DNA from: a virus
IMG/VR virus record: IMGVR_UViG_3300044946_000175
Coordinates: 32,001-96,000 of that record
Length of the DNA stretch: 64,000 nucleotides
Strand: one strand, 5' to 3'
A program made the position numbers and the translations under genes. Shown one piece after another: positions 28,512 to 37,296 of this stretch (within the stretch, counting starts at the first letter, position 1; each line of letters starts with the position of its first letter). The notes under the pieces were generated by a model that saw only the letters and a list, made by a program, of their open reading frames with translations, was not told the origin of the DNA and searched no databases.

Positions 28512-29195
28512 ATGGAACTTTCCGAGCAAGTCTGGTGGGAAGTAGAAGCCGACAACGGTAAGTGGGCAGGTCTGGTCGATCCGACCTGGATCACTTCCAC
28601 AGTGATTGCTCTGTGTCAGCAGATCGAAAAGAGTAAAGACGCCTCGCTCCTGCCGATCCTGGCCGATGCGCTCCATATGGATGCTGGTTGTGAGGATGCA
28701 CTGTTGTTGAAGTTCTTGCGCGAGAACGTGGTCATTAGAATCGCGAGTATAAATGGGCCAATGGGATCTTATAAATGTCGTAGAGATAAAGGCATGTCCC
28801 GCGAAGTCATCGCCAGTCAAATAGGCAAATTGAGTCGTTTTTTTGATGGTGGTGATCATGTGTTTATTGACGATTGGAAAGCTTACCAGGACGCCAAGCG
28901 AAAGCACTATCTCGCGCAGGAGCAGTGCAAAAACTATCTCACGAATCCAGACATCAAGGCCGCTCTCCTGGCGCTCCCTCATCCCCATCCGGCTTTTAGG
29001 CAAAGTAAGAAATGGTGGGATTATTGCTGCTGGTTTACTGAAAAGCGGCTCTATCCGACTCTGCTTCGCAAATTGAAGGAATTGATGAAGGAGAACAAGA
29101 GTTTTGCCGTAGTGGTTGAGGAATCGAAGCACGAGAGAGTCGCCACTGCTCCGCTTGTGTCTGGGCAGAGAGTGTTAGACTGGGATGATGTTTAG
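28512..29195 (+). CDS. Protein with Gemmataceae-type PILADAL.DAGC motif
   Basis: VDPTWITSTVIALC.QI...LPILADALHMDAGC. Confidence 0.7.
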   Translation: MELSEQVWWEVEADNGKWAGLVDPTWITSTVIALCQQIEKSKDASLLPILADALHMDAGCEDALLLKFLRENVVIRIASINGPMGSYKCRRDKGMSREVIASQIGKLSRFFDGGDHVFIDDWKAYQDAKRKHYLAQEQCKNYLTNPDIKAALLALPHPHPAFRQSKKWWDYCCWFTEKRLYPTLLRKLKELMKENKSFAVVVEESKHERVATAPLVSGQRVLDWDDV

Positions 29196-29208
29196 AGTAT
29201 TGGAGAAT

Positions 29209-29254
29209 AAAAGGCAGAATTTTAATTTGCCTTTTGTGGTTTGGGGAGTAAGAT
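29209..29254 (+). promoter_or_regulatory. Early-type promoter TTGCCT-N16-TAAGAT with inverted motif
   Basis: -35 at 29227-29232, -10 at 29249-29254. Confidence 0.75.
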
Positions 29255-29260
29255 GAATTT

Positions 29261-29485
29261 ATGAAACAATGTACCAAACTCGTCTGTAAGCAGACCTTCT
29301 CATTTAAAGTCGATGGAGAAGGCAGAGTTACTACTTTTCGAGAAGGGCAGGAATTCTGGATAACTAATACGGAGACGCATCAAAAGAACAGCGGAAGTGT
29401 GAACGTGGCGAGAAAAGGTCAGAAGTGGGGCTACAGTTTCACTGCGGAGCAAGTTACTCAGTTTTTTGTGGAAAAGGAAGATTAA
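29261..29485 (+). CDS. Hypothetical protein
   Basis: ORF directly after the promoter. Confidence 0.65.
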   Translation: MKQCTKLVCKQTFSFKVDGEGRVTTFREGQEFWITNTETHQKNSGSVNVARKGQKWGYSFTAEQVTQFFVEKED

Positions 29486-29708
29486 TAGTTTGCCTTTTCT
29501 GGTGTTGCTTCTGGCCAGATGGCAGACCCAAAATGGAAAGCATTGGCTGGAGCTTTATCGGGACGGCGACAGCTACTACTACAGAGGAGACGACTGCGGA
29601 GGTGTCCTGGGCCGTCTGCCTGGAACTGAGGTTGCTATTGCCAAGATAGAAGCTGGAGCAGTGAGTTGTCTCAAGAGTGATTTTCCTAGCACAAAGAAGG
29701 TGAAGTAA
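29466..29708 (+). CDS. Hypothetical protein (start uncertain)
   Basis: Fills the gap; TAATG coupling to the next gene. Confidence 0.5.
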   Translation: MWKRKINSLPFLVLLLARWQTQNGKHWLELYRDGDSYYYRGDDCGGVLGRLPGTEVAIAKIEAGAVSCLKSDFPSTKKVK

Positions 29709-29923
29709 TGGTTGGAATAGATACTGCTGGTTGTGCTGTACTTGAAGGTCTGGTCGAGAAGCATGGCTTGTCTGGAGTCGTCGCGGTACTGAGTGATATT
29801 TGCTCCGTAAAAGTAGAAGAGGCTGAAATGCCACTAAAGGAAGGGTGGATTATGCTGAGTCGTGCGTTTTATCTGCTTATCGATACGTGTCATAAGTACA
29901 AATTACCAGGAGTTGAGCGATGA
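29708..29923 (+). CDS. Hypothetical protein
   Basis: Coupled ORF; LE.LVEKHGL..V...LSDIC..K. Confidence 0.6.
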   Translation: MVGIDTAGCAVLEGLVEKHGLSGVVAVLSDICSVKVEEAEMPLKEGWIMLSRAFYLLIDTCHKYKLPGVER

Positions 29924-30468
29924 CAAAGAAAGAACTAGAAGTTCTGGAACGAATCGAAGAAAAGGCGCACGTAGCCCAACAGACAATCATACGGACGCGA
30001 GACAAGAAGAAGTGGCGCTTGCAGGAATTAGCGGAGAAGAAGATCGATGCTCAAATGGAGGTGGAGTTCGGTAAGCGCATCGAGAAGGCTGTTACTACTT
30101 ATAACGATGCGCAGGTCGCGGTCAAGAAAGCTCGCATTGAATTCGCCACGGCGAACGCGCCATTTCTCATTGGCACGAAGATGGTCAAGTGGGATAAGAA
30201 GTATAACTGCTGGTTGAGTAGTTCGACCACCCCAAACCCCATCGTCGAGCTTGCTGCTGGTGTCTTCGACGTCGTTACTGATGACACCGTTTTTCCTGAA
30301 GGTATGTCTCAGTACAAGAAGCCGCGAGTCGGTTCGTATATCATTCGACTCACGCGCAAGGACGGTACGCTCGGCATCAAGTTCGAGCAGCTCATTCTTG
30401 ACGGTTACAGAAAAACAACGGACTGGCTTCCCGTAGGCAAAAAACCAAAGAAAGAGAAGGCAAAATAA
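29920..30468 (+). CDS. Hypothetical protein
   Basis: ATGA coupling, AGGAG RBS. Confidence 0.65.
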   Translation: MTKKELEVLERIEEKAHVAQQTIIRTRDKKKWRLQELAEKKIDAQMEVEFGKRIEKAVTTYNDAQVAVKKARIEFATANAPFLIGTKMVKWDKKYNCWLSSSTTPNPIVELAAGVFDVVTDDTVFPEGMSQYKKPRVGSYIIRLTRKDGTLGIKFEQLILDGYRKTTDWLPVGKKPKKEKAK

Positions 30469-30725
30469 TGGTTTTTGAAATTGGTAAAAACTATCTGTTC
30501 GAATCGATCACCAGTAACCTTTATGTAGGTCGCTTAGTCGAGGTTGGTTTCAGCGGTGAAGTGTTACTGGAAGACGCGGCTTGGATCAGCGAAACGGGTA
30601 GGCTCAATGAGTTTGTTCGTACCGGAAGCGCTGAAGGAATGGAGGTGGAATTAATAGGCACAAAAGGACTTCGATACGCTTCGTGGAATCCTTGGCCGCA
30701 TAAACTTTTCGAGGAGACGATTTAG
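30468..30725 (+). CDS. Small Sm/SH3-like phage protein
   Basis: IGKNYL......YVGRLV.V....V.LEDAAWI.ETGR. Confidence 0.65.
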   Translation: MVFEIGKNYLFESITSNLYVGRLVEVGFSGEVLLEDAAWISETGRLNEFVRTGSAEGMEVELIGTKGLRYASWNPWPHKLFEETI

Positions 30726-31021
30726 TGTTTCCTTCTGATTTTTTGCCAGAACATCTTACCAGCACTGTGCTGGCTTTGTGTGATGTCGTATCGACGGACA
30801 GAGTGGTCTTTCCTATTTTGGCAGATGCTTTGCAGGATGCAGGATGTGAGAATGAACGTATGTTGGAATTTTTGAGGACCGACAATCATCCTGAGATTGA
30901 TTCGATTTTTTCAGGAGAAGTTAGATACGGGTCATGGTCAAGGTCAAGGTCAGGGTCAGCAGGGTCAAGGTCAGAGTCAGCAGGGTCAAGGTCAAGGTCA
31001 TGGTCATGGTCATGGTCATGA
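30725..31021 (+). CDS. PILADALQDAGC motif protein with Arg/Ser/Trp low-complexity tail
   Basis: Motif followed by SWSRSRSGSAGSRSESAGSRSRSWSWSWS. Confidence 0.65.
   Translation: MFPSDFLPEHLTSTVLALCDVVSTDRVVFPILADALQDAGCENERMLEFLRTDNHPEIDSIFSGEVRYGSWSRSRSGSAGSRSESAGSRSRSWSWSWS
30930..31020 (+). repeat. (GGTCAN)n hexamer microsatellite, about 14 units
   Basis: ggtcatggtcaaggtcaaggtcagggtcag...ggtcatggtcatggtcat. Confidence 0.9.
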
Positions 31022-31042
31022 ATATTACTAAGAGGCAAAATA

Positions 31043-31354
31043 ATGGTTGTCTTATGCATCGACGGTCTGAACACCGGTGAATCGACTCCGTTCGACGGTC
31101 AGTACGTGCAGGAGTACGATCCGTCGAAGCAGGGATTTGATCCGACCGGAAGGCCGATGCTGTGTCATCTGGCTACTACTTCCGATCCTAACAAGGCGCT
31201 ACAGTTCAAGGATTGCGTGGAGGCACTGGAAGCATGGAAGTTGGTGGATTCCAGGAATCCCGTGCGGGCAGACGGACAGCCCAACCGACCGCTGACGGCA
31301 TTTAGCGTGCTGGTGATCGATCTGGAGAAGGCGAAGGAAGGACTCGTGCTATGA
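31043..31354 (+). CDS. Hypothetical phage protein
   Basis: GQYV.EYDP...R.DG.PNRPLTAFSV motif. Confidence 0.7.
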   Translation: MVVLCIDGLNTGESTPFDGQYVQEYDPSKQGFDPTGRPMLCHLATTSDPNKALQFKDCVEALEAWKLVDSRNPVRADGQPNRPLTAFSVLVIDLEKAKEGLVL

Positions 31355-31587
31355 AACTCATGAGTTTGAAAGACACGAACTACAAAAATCTGAATTCGTG
31401 GTTGCGCGCGACAATCTTGCGCTTTGCAAAAGCCGAAGTCGAGGATTCTTGGAAGAGTTCTCGCGACCCTGAATGTTTTTCATTAATTGAAGAGGAACTG
31501 CGAGCGGCTGAACACGAACTCAAGTCCGTCTTGGCTTGTGTGGATGCCGTCATAGATCACGACCTTCGCGCGAGGTTTTCGGCATGA
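31351..31587 (+). CDS. Hypothetical protein
   Basis: Coupled ORF. Confidence 0.6.
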   Translation: MKLMSLKDTNYKNLNSWLRATILRFAKAEVEDSWKSSRDPECFSLIEEELRAAEHELKSVLACVDAVIDHDLRARFSA

Positions 31588-31958
31588 GCAAACTCATTGG
31601 TATTATCGATTATCGGGACGGCTGGATGTGCGTCAAAACTACTGACAACGATCTGGACAAGCCGCAGAAGTGCATCAGTTGGTGGCCCATCGAGCGTGAG
31701 TATCCTGGCGAGCGGAACGTTCTGGATCTGACCGGCAATGAGGCCGAGATTGAAGACGGACTGGTCATGTTCAGAATGACCAAAGAAAAGGCATGGAACT
31801 GGGCGAAGCGGCGACCGCTGTCGGATGGCGGGAAAACCTTTCCTATTGCTACGGAAGTGGTTCCTATTGTTTGCCCAAAAGTGCGCAAAGGTATTTCTAC
31901 TCGCTATCGCCTGGGGCGGTGGGAGAAGGGTTTGCGGAGCGGCTGGACGGTGGCTTAA
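31584..31958 (+). CDS. Hypothetical protein
   Basis: ATGA-coupled start at 31584. Confidence 0.6.
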   Translation: MSKLIGIIDYRDGWMCVKTTDNDLDKPQKCISWWPIEREYPGERNVLDLTGNEAEIEDGLVMFRMTKEKAWNWAKRRPLSDGGKTFPIATEVVPIVCPKVRKGISTRYRLGRWEKGLRSGWTVA

Positions 31959-32029
31959 TATTTTTGGAACAATCCCTAGCTAAGTGTTGGTTGGTTAATT
32001 TTGTGTGTATGAACCTGAAAGGATTTTCG

Positions 32030-32338
32030 ATGTTTAAAGACTATCTGAATGATGGAGTTTGCCTGACGTCTTTGGTTGTACTAGGGATCGTAATCGGCAC
32101 ATTTGGAGCTACCAATTGGCATTGCGGTTTGACGCCAGAGCGGATAAGAACCATTCACAATGGTTGGAGTTCCGATCAAGTCGTAACGGTTTTCAACGAC
32201 GATCAATACGAGCAAGAAATGGAATGGCGACGGCAGAATGCTGTCATTCCGCTTGCTTATGCGGTGCCTCTGACGTTTGGCGGATTCGCAATGGCGATCT
32301 CGTGTGGGATTGCCTTACTAAACAAAATGGCTCGTTAA
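32030..32338 (+). CDS. Two-TM membrane protein
   Basis: AAGGA RBS; two hydrophobic segments. Confidence 0.6.
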   Translation: MFKDYLNDGVCLTSLVVLGIVIGTFGATNWHCGLTPERIRTIHNGWSSDQVVTVFNDDQYEQEMEWRRQNAVIPLAYAVPLTFGGFAMAISCGIALLNKMAR

Positions 32339-32362
32339 TCGTTTAATCTTAGAAGGCAAAAC

Positions 32363-33082
32363 ATGAACCGAGATAAAATGAAATTCGATCCGGCTATTTC
32401 TGAGTTCTGTGAAGAGAGCAACGCCGCTGCGGTGAAGGAATGGGCTGCACGCCTGGGCTGTTCCGAAGCGGCTGCGCGGATTCTCGCGGAAGCATGGACA
32501 GAGTGGCAGCGCCCGCTGTTTGATGCGGCATGGCATGGTCGGGCGGTAATGGAGATTGACATTGACAGTCTACGAAAGATAATCGGGCGGAAGATTGATG
32601 AGTTGTTAGGCGGGACTCAAGTACCGAACGCGTTGCCGATAACAGTTCAAATGCGGAAGGACACGCTTCCTCATCCGCTTTTTGTTTTCAGCAGGACGCC
32701 TCAGTTGCACCTTCCCATAGTTCTTTCGATTCAGGCTGACGGACGAATTTACTGCGGAGAGGACTACATCCTTCCTCCTTATCGAATCGAAATCAGTCAA
32801 GGATTGCCATCAAAAACTACAGATAAGAAAGAACTACCACCAATCAAAGCAGAAAAAGTTTCGTCCTTGCGGTTTGGTCCACACGTCATTTATTGGTGCG
32901 ATGGCGGCTCATCGTTGGCAGTGGTCGGTCAGTTACACGATGGAACGCGGTGGTACGCTGCGGCGAATTGGACGAGCAGCCATCCACAAGGCGTTGCATC
33001 GACGGACTGGAGCAAAATACACGATGCCGTGGAGTATGGTGCATGGTCAACCGTACCTTTGTCAGATGGTATATATGGTTAA
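32363..33082 (+). CDS. Hypothetical protein
   Basis: 239 aa; AAGGCAAAAC-ATG. Confidence 0.65.
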   Translation: MNRDKMKFDPAISEFCEESNAAAVKEWAARLGCSEAAARILAEAWTEWQRPLFDAAWHGRAVMEIDIDSLRKIIGRKIDELLGGTQVPNALPITVQMRKDTLPHPLFVFSRTPQLHLPIVLSIQADGRIYCGEDYILPPYRIEISQGLPSKTTDKKELPPIKAEKVSSLRFGPHVIYWCDGGSSLAVVGQLHDGTRWYAAANWTSSHPQGVASTDWSKIHDAVEYGAWSTVPLSDGIYG

Positions 33083-33126
33083 AAGGCGATTTTTTAATTT
33101 GCCTTTTTCACGTCCGGGAGTATCAT
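33083..33126 (+). promoter_or_regulatory. Early-type promoter TTGCCT-N16-TATCAT
   Basis: First 25 bp identical to 33720-33744. Confidence 0.7.
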
Positions 33127-33164
33127 TGGGTGTAAGGACGACCCACCACCAACCGGAGATAAAA

Positions 33165-33695
33165 ATGAGCGAGACGCAAACTATTCACTGCTTTGAGGCT
33201 GCTGGCCTGGGTAAAGCTCCTTTTACGTATGAAGGGATGGTCGATCAGGACATTTCTTATGGGCAGCGCAATATTGGGACAATCGGAGGTGTCCAGATTT
33301 CGACAAAGCCCGGAGGAACGTGTGATTATTGCTCAACCTACATTGTGAATATGTTCCGCATTCGCAGCGCTGACGGTAAGACGTTCAAGGTTGGGTGTGA
33401 TTGTCTTATGAAGACTGGAGATGCAGGGCTTATCCAGCGAGTCAAGAAGGACGTTTCCGAGATGGAGCGCAAGAAGCGAGCGCAAAAGAAGATCGACAAG
33501 GAAGCGGTCGCTAAGGCACAGTGCGAAGCTCTTTTGTCAGTACCGGCTGTTTGCGGAGTTTTGGCCGAGCAGCCTCATCCGTCAGCTTACTTTGCCAACG
33601 AAGGCAAGACGAAACTAGACTGGGCAAAGTACATGCTTGAAAATCGGTACTACACGACTTTACTGGCGACACTCAAAGGCATTGACAAGAGGTAA
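33165..33695 (+). CDS. Zn-binding hypothetical phage protein
   Basis: FE.AGLGKAPF, CDYC, SADGKTFKVGCDC; GGAG RBS. Confidence 0.75.
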   Translation: MSETQTIHCFEAAGLGKAPFTYEGMVDQDISYGQRNIGTIGGVQISTKPGGTCDYCSTYIVNMFRIRSADGKTFKVGCDCLMKTGDAGLIQRVKKDVSEMERKKRAQKKIDKEAVAKAQCEALLSVPAVCGVLAEQPHPSAYFANEGKTKLDWAKYMLENRYYTTLLATLKGIDKR

Positions 33696-33719
33696 TCTCC
33701 TGTGGTGGGAGCGCCAAGG

Positions 33720-33763
33720 AAGGCGATTTTTTAATTTGCCTTTTCAGAAAACGACGCTAAGAT
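33720..33763 (+). promoter_or_regulatory. Early-type promoter TTGCCT-N16-TAAGAT
   Basis: -35 at 33736-33741, -10 at 33758-33763. Confidence 0.75.
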
Positions 33764-33811
33764 GGAGTGTGTTGAAGGCAAAACAATAACTTGTCAAGAA
33801 AGGACACTCCA

Positions 33812-33964
33812 ATGATCGTTGATTTTTCTGAAATTTTCGACGAAGAGATCTCCCGCGAAGACGTCTTGTTGATGAACCGCATGGGTGCATTCGACGTCGA
33901 GTCGGCATCGCTGGTTGAGTCACTGGTTGACGCTACTGACCTGGAGAATTCGATACCATTCTGA
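33812..33964 (+). CDS. 50-aa acidic peptide ending SIPF
   Basis: AAGGA RBS; 13 D/E versus 2 R; below the ORF-track cutoff. Confidence 0.6.
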   Translation: MIVDFSEIFDEEISREDVLLMNRMGAFDVESASLVESLVDATDLENSIPF

Positions 33965-33971
33965 GAGACTT

Positions 33972-34117
33972 GGAGCGGTTCAGTGCGAGCTTAATTGCTC
34001 GTGCCCAGAGGCGTTATGCGGTCGGTATGAGTCCCTTGTGGCGTCCGATGCAGCAGGCCGCTGGTAGACCGGTATTAGATCCGGCGGGAGGAACCGACCT
34101 CCACACTGAACCGTTCC
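33972..34117 (+). ncRNA. Candidate multi-branched structured RNA
   Basis: 14-bp closing stem with four internal hairpins. Confidence 0.45.
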
Positions 34118-34143
34118 TTGGTTTTTACAAAAGGATTGATTCG

Positions 34144-34767
34144 ATGAGAACTCAAGAACGAGCCGCTGAGTTGTACGAGCAGCACAAGAGCCTAGTGGAA
34201 GGCATTGCCGTCAATTTTGCTCATAAGTACCAAAAGGACGTCGAAGAGTCTCTATCGCAGGCCAATTTGATTTTCATGCAGGTCTTTGCGCGTCACGAGG
34301 ATGCTAAAGGAGACTTCAAAGTTCGTCTCCTGCACCTCCTGCCTCGTCGATTGAAGGGAACGCTTCGCATTTCAGATTCCGTGGTCCGATTTGACACTCG
34401 CCGTGCGCGTACCTACGAACCTCCGTTCTTTTTTTTATCATGCGATCTTGAGTCCTCGTGTGAGAAGGAAGATCGTAACAACTGTAGAACGATTGGGATA
34501 GATTTTGTGCCAGATATGAACACGGAGGAAGACCCTTCCTTCGACTACCATTCACTGAGTTCTTTGATCGGTCCCGATGCCGGACTGGTTTTGAACGAAA
34601 TCGAGAATATTTCTGGTGACGTGGCACTGGTAGTAGGCGATACAGTAAATAGCAAACATGCGATGTACAAATTTAGAAGGTTCGTTCGCAGTCGATTTGG
34701 CTGGAGCCATGAGCGTACCGTTAGAGCGTTTAATGAGTTGAGTGGGTTACGAGTGGAGGCTATGTAA
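34144..34767 (+). CDS. Sigma-70 region-2-like transcription factor
   Basis: ELYEQHKSLV..IA..F..KY..DVEE..SQANLIF...F; HTH-like C-terminus GWSHERT..AF.EL. Confidence 0.6.
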   Translation: MRTQERAAELYEQHKSLVEGIAVNFAHKYQKDVEESLSQANLIFMQVFARHEDAKGDFKVRLLHLLPRRLKGTLRISDSVVRFDTRRARTYEPPFFFLSCDLESSCEKEDRNNCRTIGIDFVPDMNTEEDPSFDYHSLSSLIGPDAGLVLNEIENISGDVALVVGDTVNSKHAMYKFRRFVRSRFGWSHERTVRAFNELSGLRVEAM

Positions 34768-34952
34768 TGGCAAAACCAAAAAAGAAACCGGCGGACAAAG
34801 AGATTGACGAGATCGAAGACCTCGTTGAGTTATTTCAGAAACTCAACGTGGCGGAAGATGCCTTTAATGGCGATCTTTTCGATGCTTGTGATAGCGAGGC
34901 CGATCTGATGAAAGAAAACATAGCCAAGGCTGGATTGTACGAACAGTTGTAA
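34767..34952 (+). CDS. Small acidic protein
   Basis: GGAGG RBS, TAATG coupling. Confidence 0.6.
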   Translation: MAKPKKKPADKEIDEIEDLVELFQKLNVAEDAFNGDLFDACDSEADLMKENIAKAGLYEQL

Positions 34953-35038
34953 TTTCTTCACTTGCACGGATTTCAAATGGTGCGCATTAAGGAACTTATT
35001 GAAGAGTACGCCAAGACTGGCGGGAATCCGTGTGATCC

Positions 35039-35245
35039 ATGAAATTTTCCGACCAGCTTCGTCTGCTTCGCAAGGCACGCGCCTGGACTCAAGACGAGTT
35101 GGGGCGCGAGGCGGAACTACATCCGACGGCAATTGCTCACTATGAGGCCGGGAGAAGAAAACCGTCGATGAAGAATCTGCTGGCGCTGGCAAGTGCGTTT
35201 GGGATATCGACGGATGAACTTCTTGGACGAAAAAAACTATCTTGA
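35039..35245 (+). CDS. XRE/Cro-CI family HTH regulator
   Basis: LRLLRKARAWTQDELG......IAHYEAGRRKPS..NL..LA.AFGISTDELLG. Confidence 0.92.
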   Translation: MKFSDQLRLLRKARAWTQDELGREAELHPTAIAHYEAGRRKPSMKNLLALASAFGISTDELLGRKKLS

Positions 35246-35275
35246 CGGTTGTGTCAGGTTTGATAAATTGGTTTC

Positions 35276-35818
35276 ATGGAAGAAATCTGGAAACCAGTTG
35301 TTGGATATGAGGGACACTACGAAGTTTCGTCTCATGGAAGGGTTCGTTCTTTGGATAGGCGGTGTACGTACAAGCCTAGTAAGAAAAATGGCAAGGTTCG
35401 TACTGATTTTCTGATTGGGCGTATGTGTAAACAGATAGATCAGGGTTATTATTTTACTGTTTGGTTGCATAAAGAAGGGTCGAGGCGTTTTTACGTACAT
35501 CGTCTTGTGCTTGAAGCTTTCGTCGGTTCTTGTCCGACCGGGATGGAATGTCGGCATTTAGATGGTAATTCCAGAAACAACTACGCTGTCAATTTAGCAT
35601 GGGGAACGCACGATGAAAACGAAGCCGACAAAACCAAACACGGAACTCGATTTGGAGGCGACACACACCCCATGAGGAAGATTTCTTCTGATTTAGTAAA
35701 AGAAATCAGAAGAAGGCTTTCTATAGGAGAGCGTCAGAAGGATATTGCTGAAGATTTAGAGTTGGGTTGGCGTCATGTTGGTGCAATAGCCAGACGTGAA
35801 ATTTGGAAAAACGTTTAA
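35276..35818 (+). CDS. NUMOD4-HNH homing endonuclease
   Basis: EIWKPVVGYEGHYEVSSHGRVRS, VHRLVLEAFVG, CRHLDGN..NN..VNLAWGT. Confidence 0.93.
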   Translation: MEEIWKPVVGYEGHYEVSSHGRVRSLDRRCTYKPSKKNGKVRTDFLIGRMCKQIDQGYYFTVWLHKEGSRRFYVHRLVLEAFVGSCPTGMECRHLDGNSRNNYAVNLAWGTHDENEADKTKHGTRFGGDTHPMRKISSDLVKEIRRRLSIGERQKDIAEDLELGWRHVGAIARREIWKNV

Positions 35819-37296
35819 TGAACACACCACTTGGAACACCGTTGCGTCCTTATCAGGATGCGGGTGTTCGTATGATTAGAGACTGGGACGGTCGTGTACT
35901 TCTATGCGACGATCCTGGACTTGGGAAGACGGTCCAGATACTTCAGTACGTTTGGAGGTTTCTGCCTAAAGATCCGCCTGGGGCGGTGGTTGTTGTGGGA
36001 CCGGCCCATTCTAAGCGCATATGGGAGAGAATCTCTCGCGAGCACTTTGGTTTTCGGATTGAACTGCTGGAAGGTCAAAGAGTCGATCCCGATAAATTAC
36101 CGCTGTGGGACAACGATTCTATACTGGCGATCAACTATGAGATTCTTACTCCTCCGGCAAAGGACGGAGTGAGCAGCAGTTGGAAACCGAATATGCCGGT
36201 GCCGAAAGATTCTTGGTTGGCATGGCTTTTAAAACTACCGATTCGATTACTTATTAGTGATGAGGGTCATGCGCTTTCTAATCCACTATCTGCACGTACG
36301 AGAGCTGTGAGGCGGATTGCACGCAACACGAAGCGAGTAATCATAGCGACCGGGACGCCAGTATCGAATCGAGTCCCGTCGTTGTGGGCGCTTTTGAATA
36401 TTTTGGACCCGGAAGAGTATCCATCTTATTTTGACTACGTGAATCACTACTGTTTTGCGGAAGAGAGTTTTGGAGAGACGATCTACAAAGGCGCGAGGAA
36501 TCTGGACCACCTTAACGACCGGCTCAAAGGCAGGCTGCCTGGCGTGCGGGGATGTCTTATTCGTCGTCGCAAAGAAGACGTCTTGGCCGACCTCCCGCCC
36601 ATCCGTCACGAGATAATTCCAATTGAGGTGGACCTGCGCGAGTACCGTACGGCGGAGATCAATTTTCTGTTGTGGTTGGAGAACGAATACAACAATGAGA
36701 AGCCTGGAGAGAGACAGACCAAAGCGCGGAGTCGGTTGGGTTTCTTGAAGCGACTGGCGGCAAGACTCAAGTTGCGAAATGCACTGGCCTGGATCGATGA
36801 TTTTCTACAGTCTGGAAACAAACTGCTGTTGGGGGTAGTTCACTATTTCGTCTCCGGGGCGCTCATGGAGAAGTTCGGAGACCGGGCGGTTTTAGTGGAC
36901 GGAAGATTGACCGACGTCGCGAAGCACGCGGGATTCAATCGATTCAATACCGATCCGACCTGTGAATTGTGTGTGGGGAATGTTCTGAGTGCGGGATCGG
37001 CATGGAGTTGTACCTCGACTAGCGATTCGGCTCTTTTGGAATTACCTTGGCGCTTCTGCGAATTAGATCAATTTCAGTCCCGGACGCATGGCATCGGACG
37101 GGGAGTTGCAAATAGAGGATCGCACTTGCGAATTTTTGTCGCTGAGGGGACCATCGAGGAGGACATAGTAGGGATGATTCAAGAAAAACACGATCAGGCA
37201 GCGGAGATTTTAGATGGTGGTGCAAGCGAAGAATTCAATCTGGACGATTTGATTTTCAGGATGAAGAGCCGACATGGAAGAAAGGATTCTATATGA
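35818..37296 (+). CDS. SNF2-family helicase
   Basis: LRPYQ, DDPGLGKT, DEGH, TGTPV.N, RR.KEDVL.DLPP, Q..SR.H.IG. Confidence 0.9.
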   Translation: MNTPLGTPLRPYQDAGVRMIRDWDGRVLLCDDPGLGKTVQILQYVWRFLPKDPPGAVVVVGPAHSKRIWERISREHFGFRIELLEGQRVDPDKLPLWDNDSILAINYEILTPPAKDGVSSSWKPNMPVPKDSWLAWLLKLPIRLLISDEGHALSNPLSARTRAVRRIARNTKRVIIATGTPVSNRVPSLWALLNILDPEEYPSYFDYVNHYCFAEESFGETIYKGARNLDHLNDRLKGRLPGVRGCLIRRRKEDVLADLPPIRHEIIPIEVDLREYRTAEINFLLWLENEYNNEKPGERQTKARSRLGFLKRLAARLKLRNALAWIDDFLQSGNKLLLGVVHYFVSGALMEKFGDRAVLVDGRLTDVAKHAGFNRFNTDPTCELCVGNVLSAGSAWSCTSTSDSALLELPWRFCELDQFQSRTHGIGRGVANRGSHLRIFVAEGTIEEDIVGMIQEKHDQAAEILDGGASEEFNLDDLIFRMKSRHGRKDSI

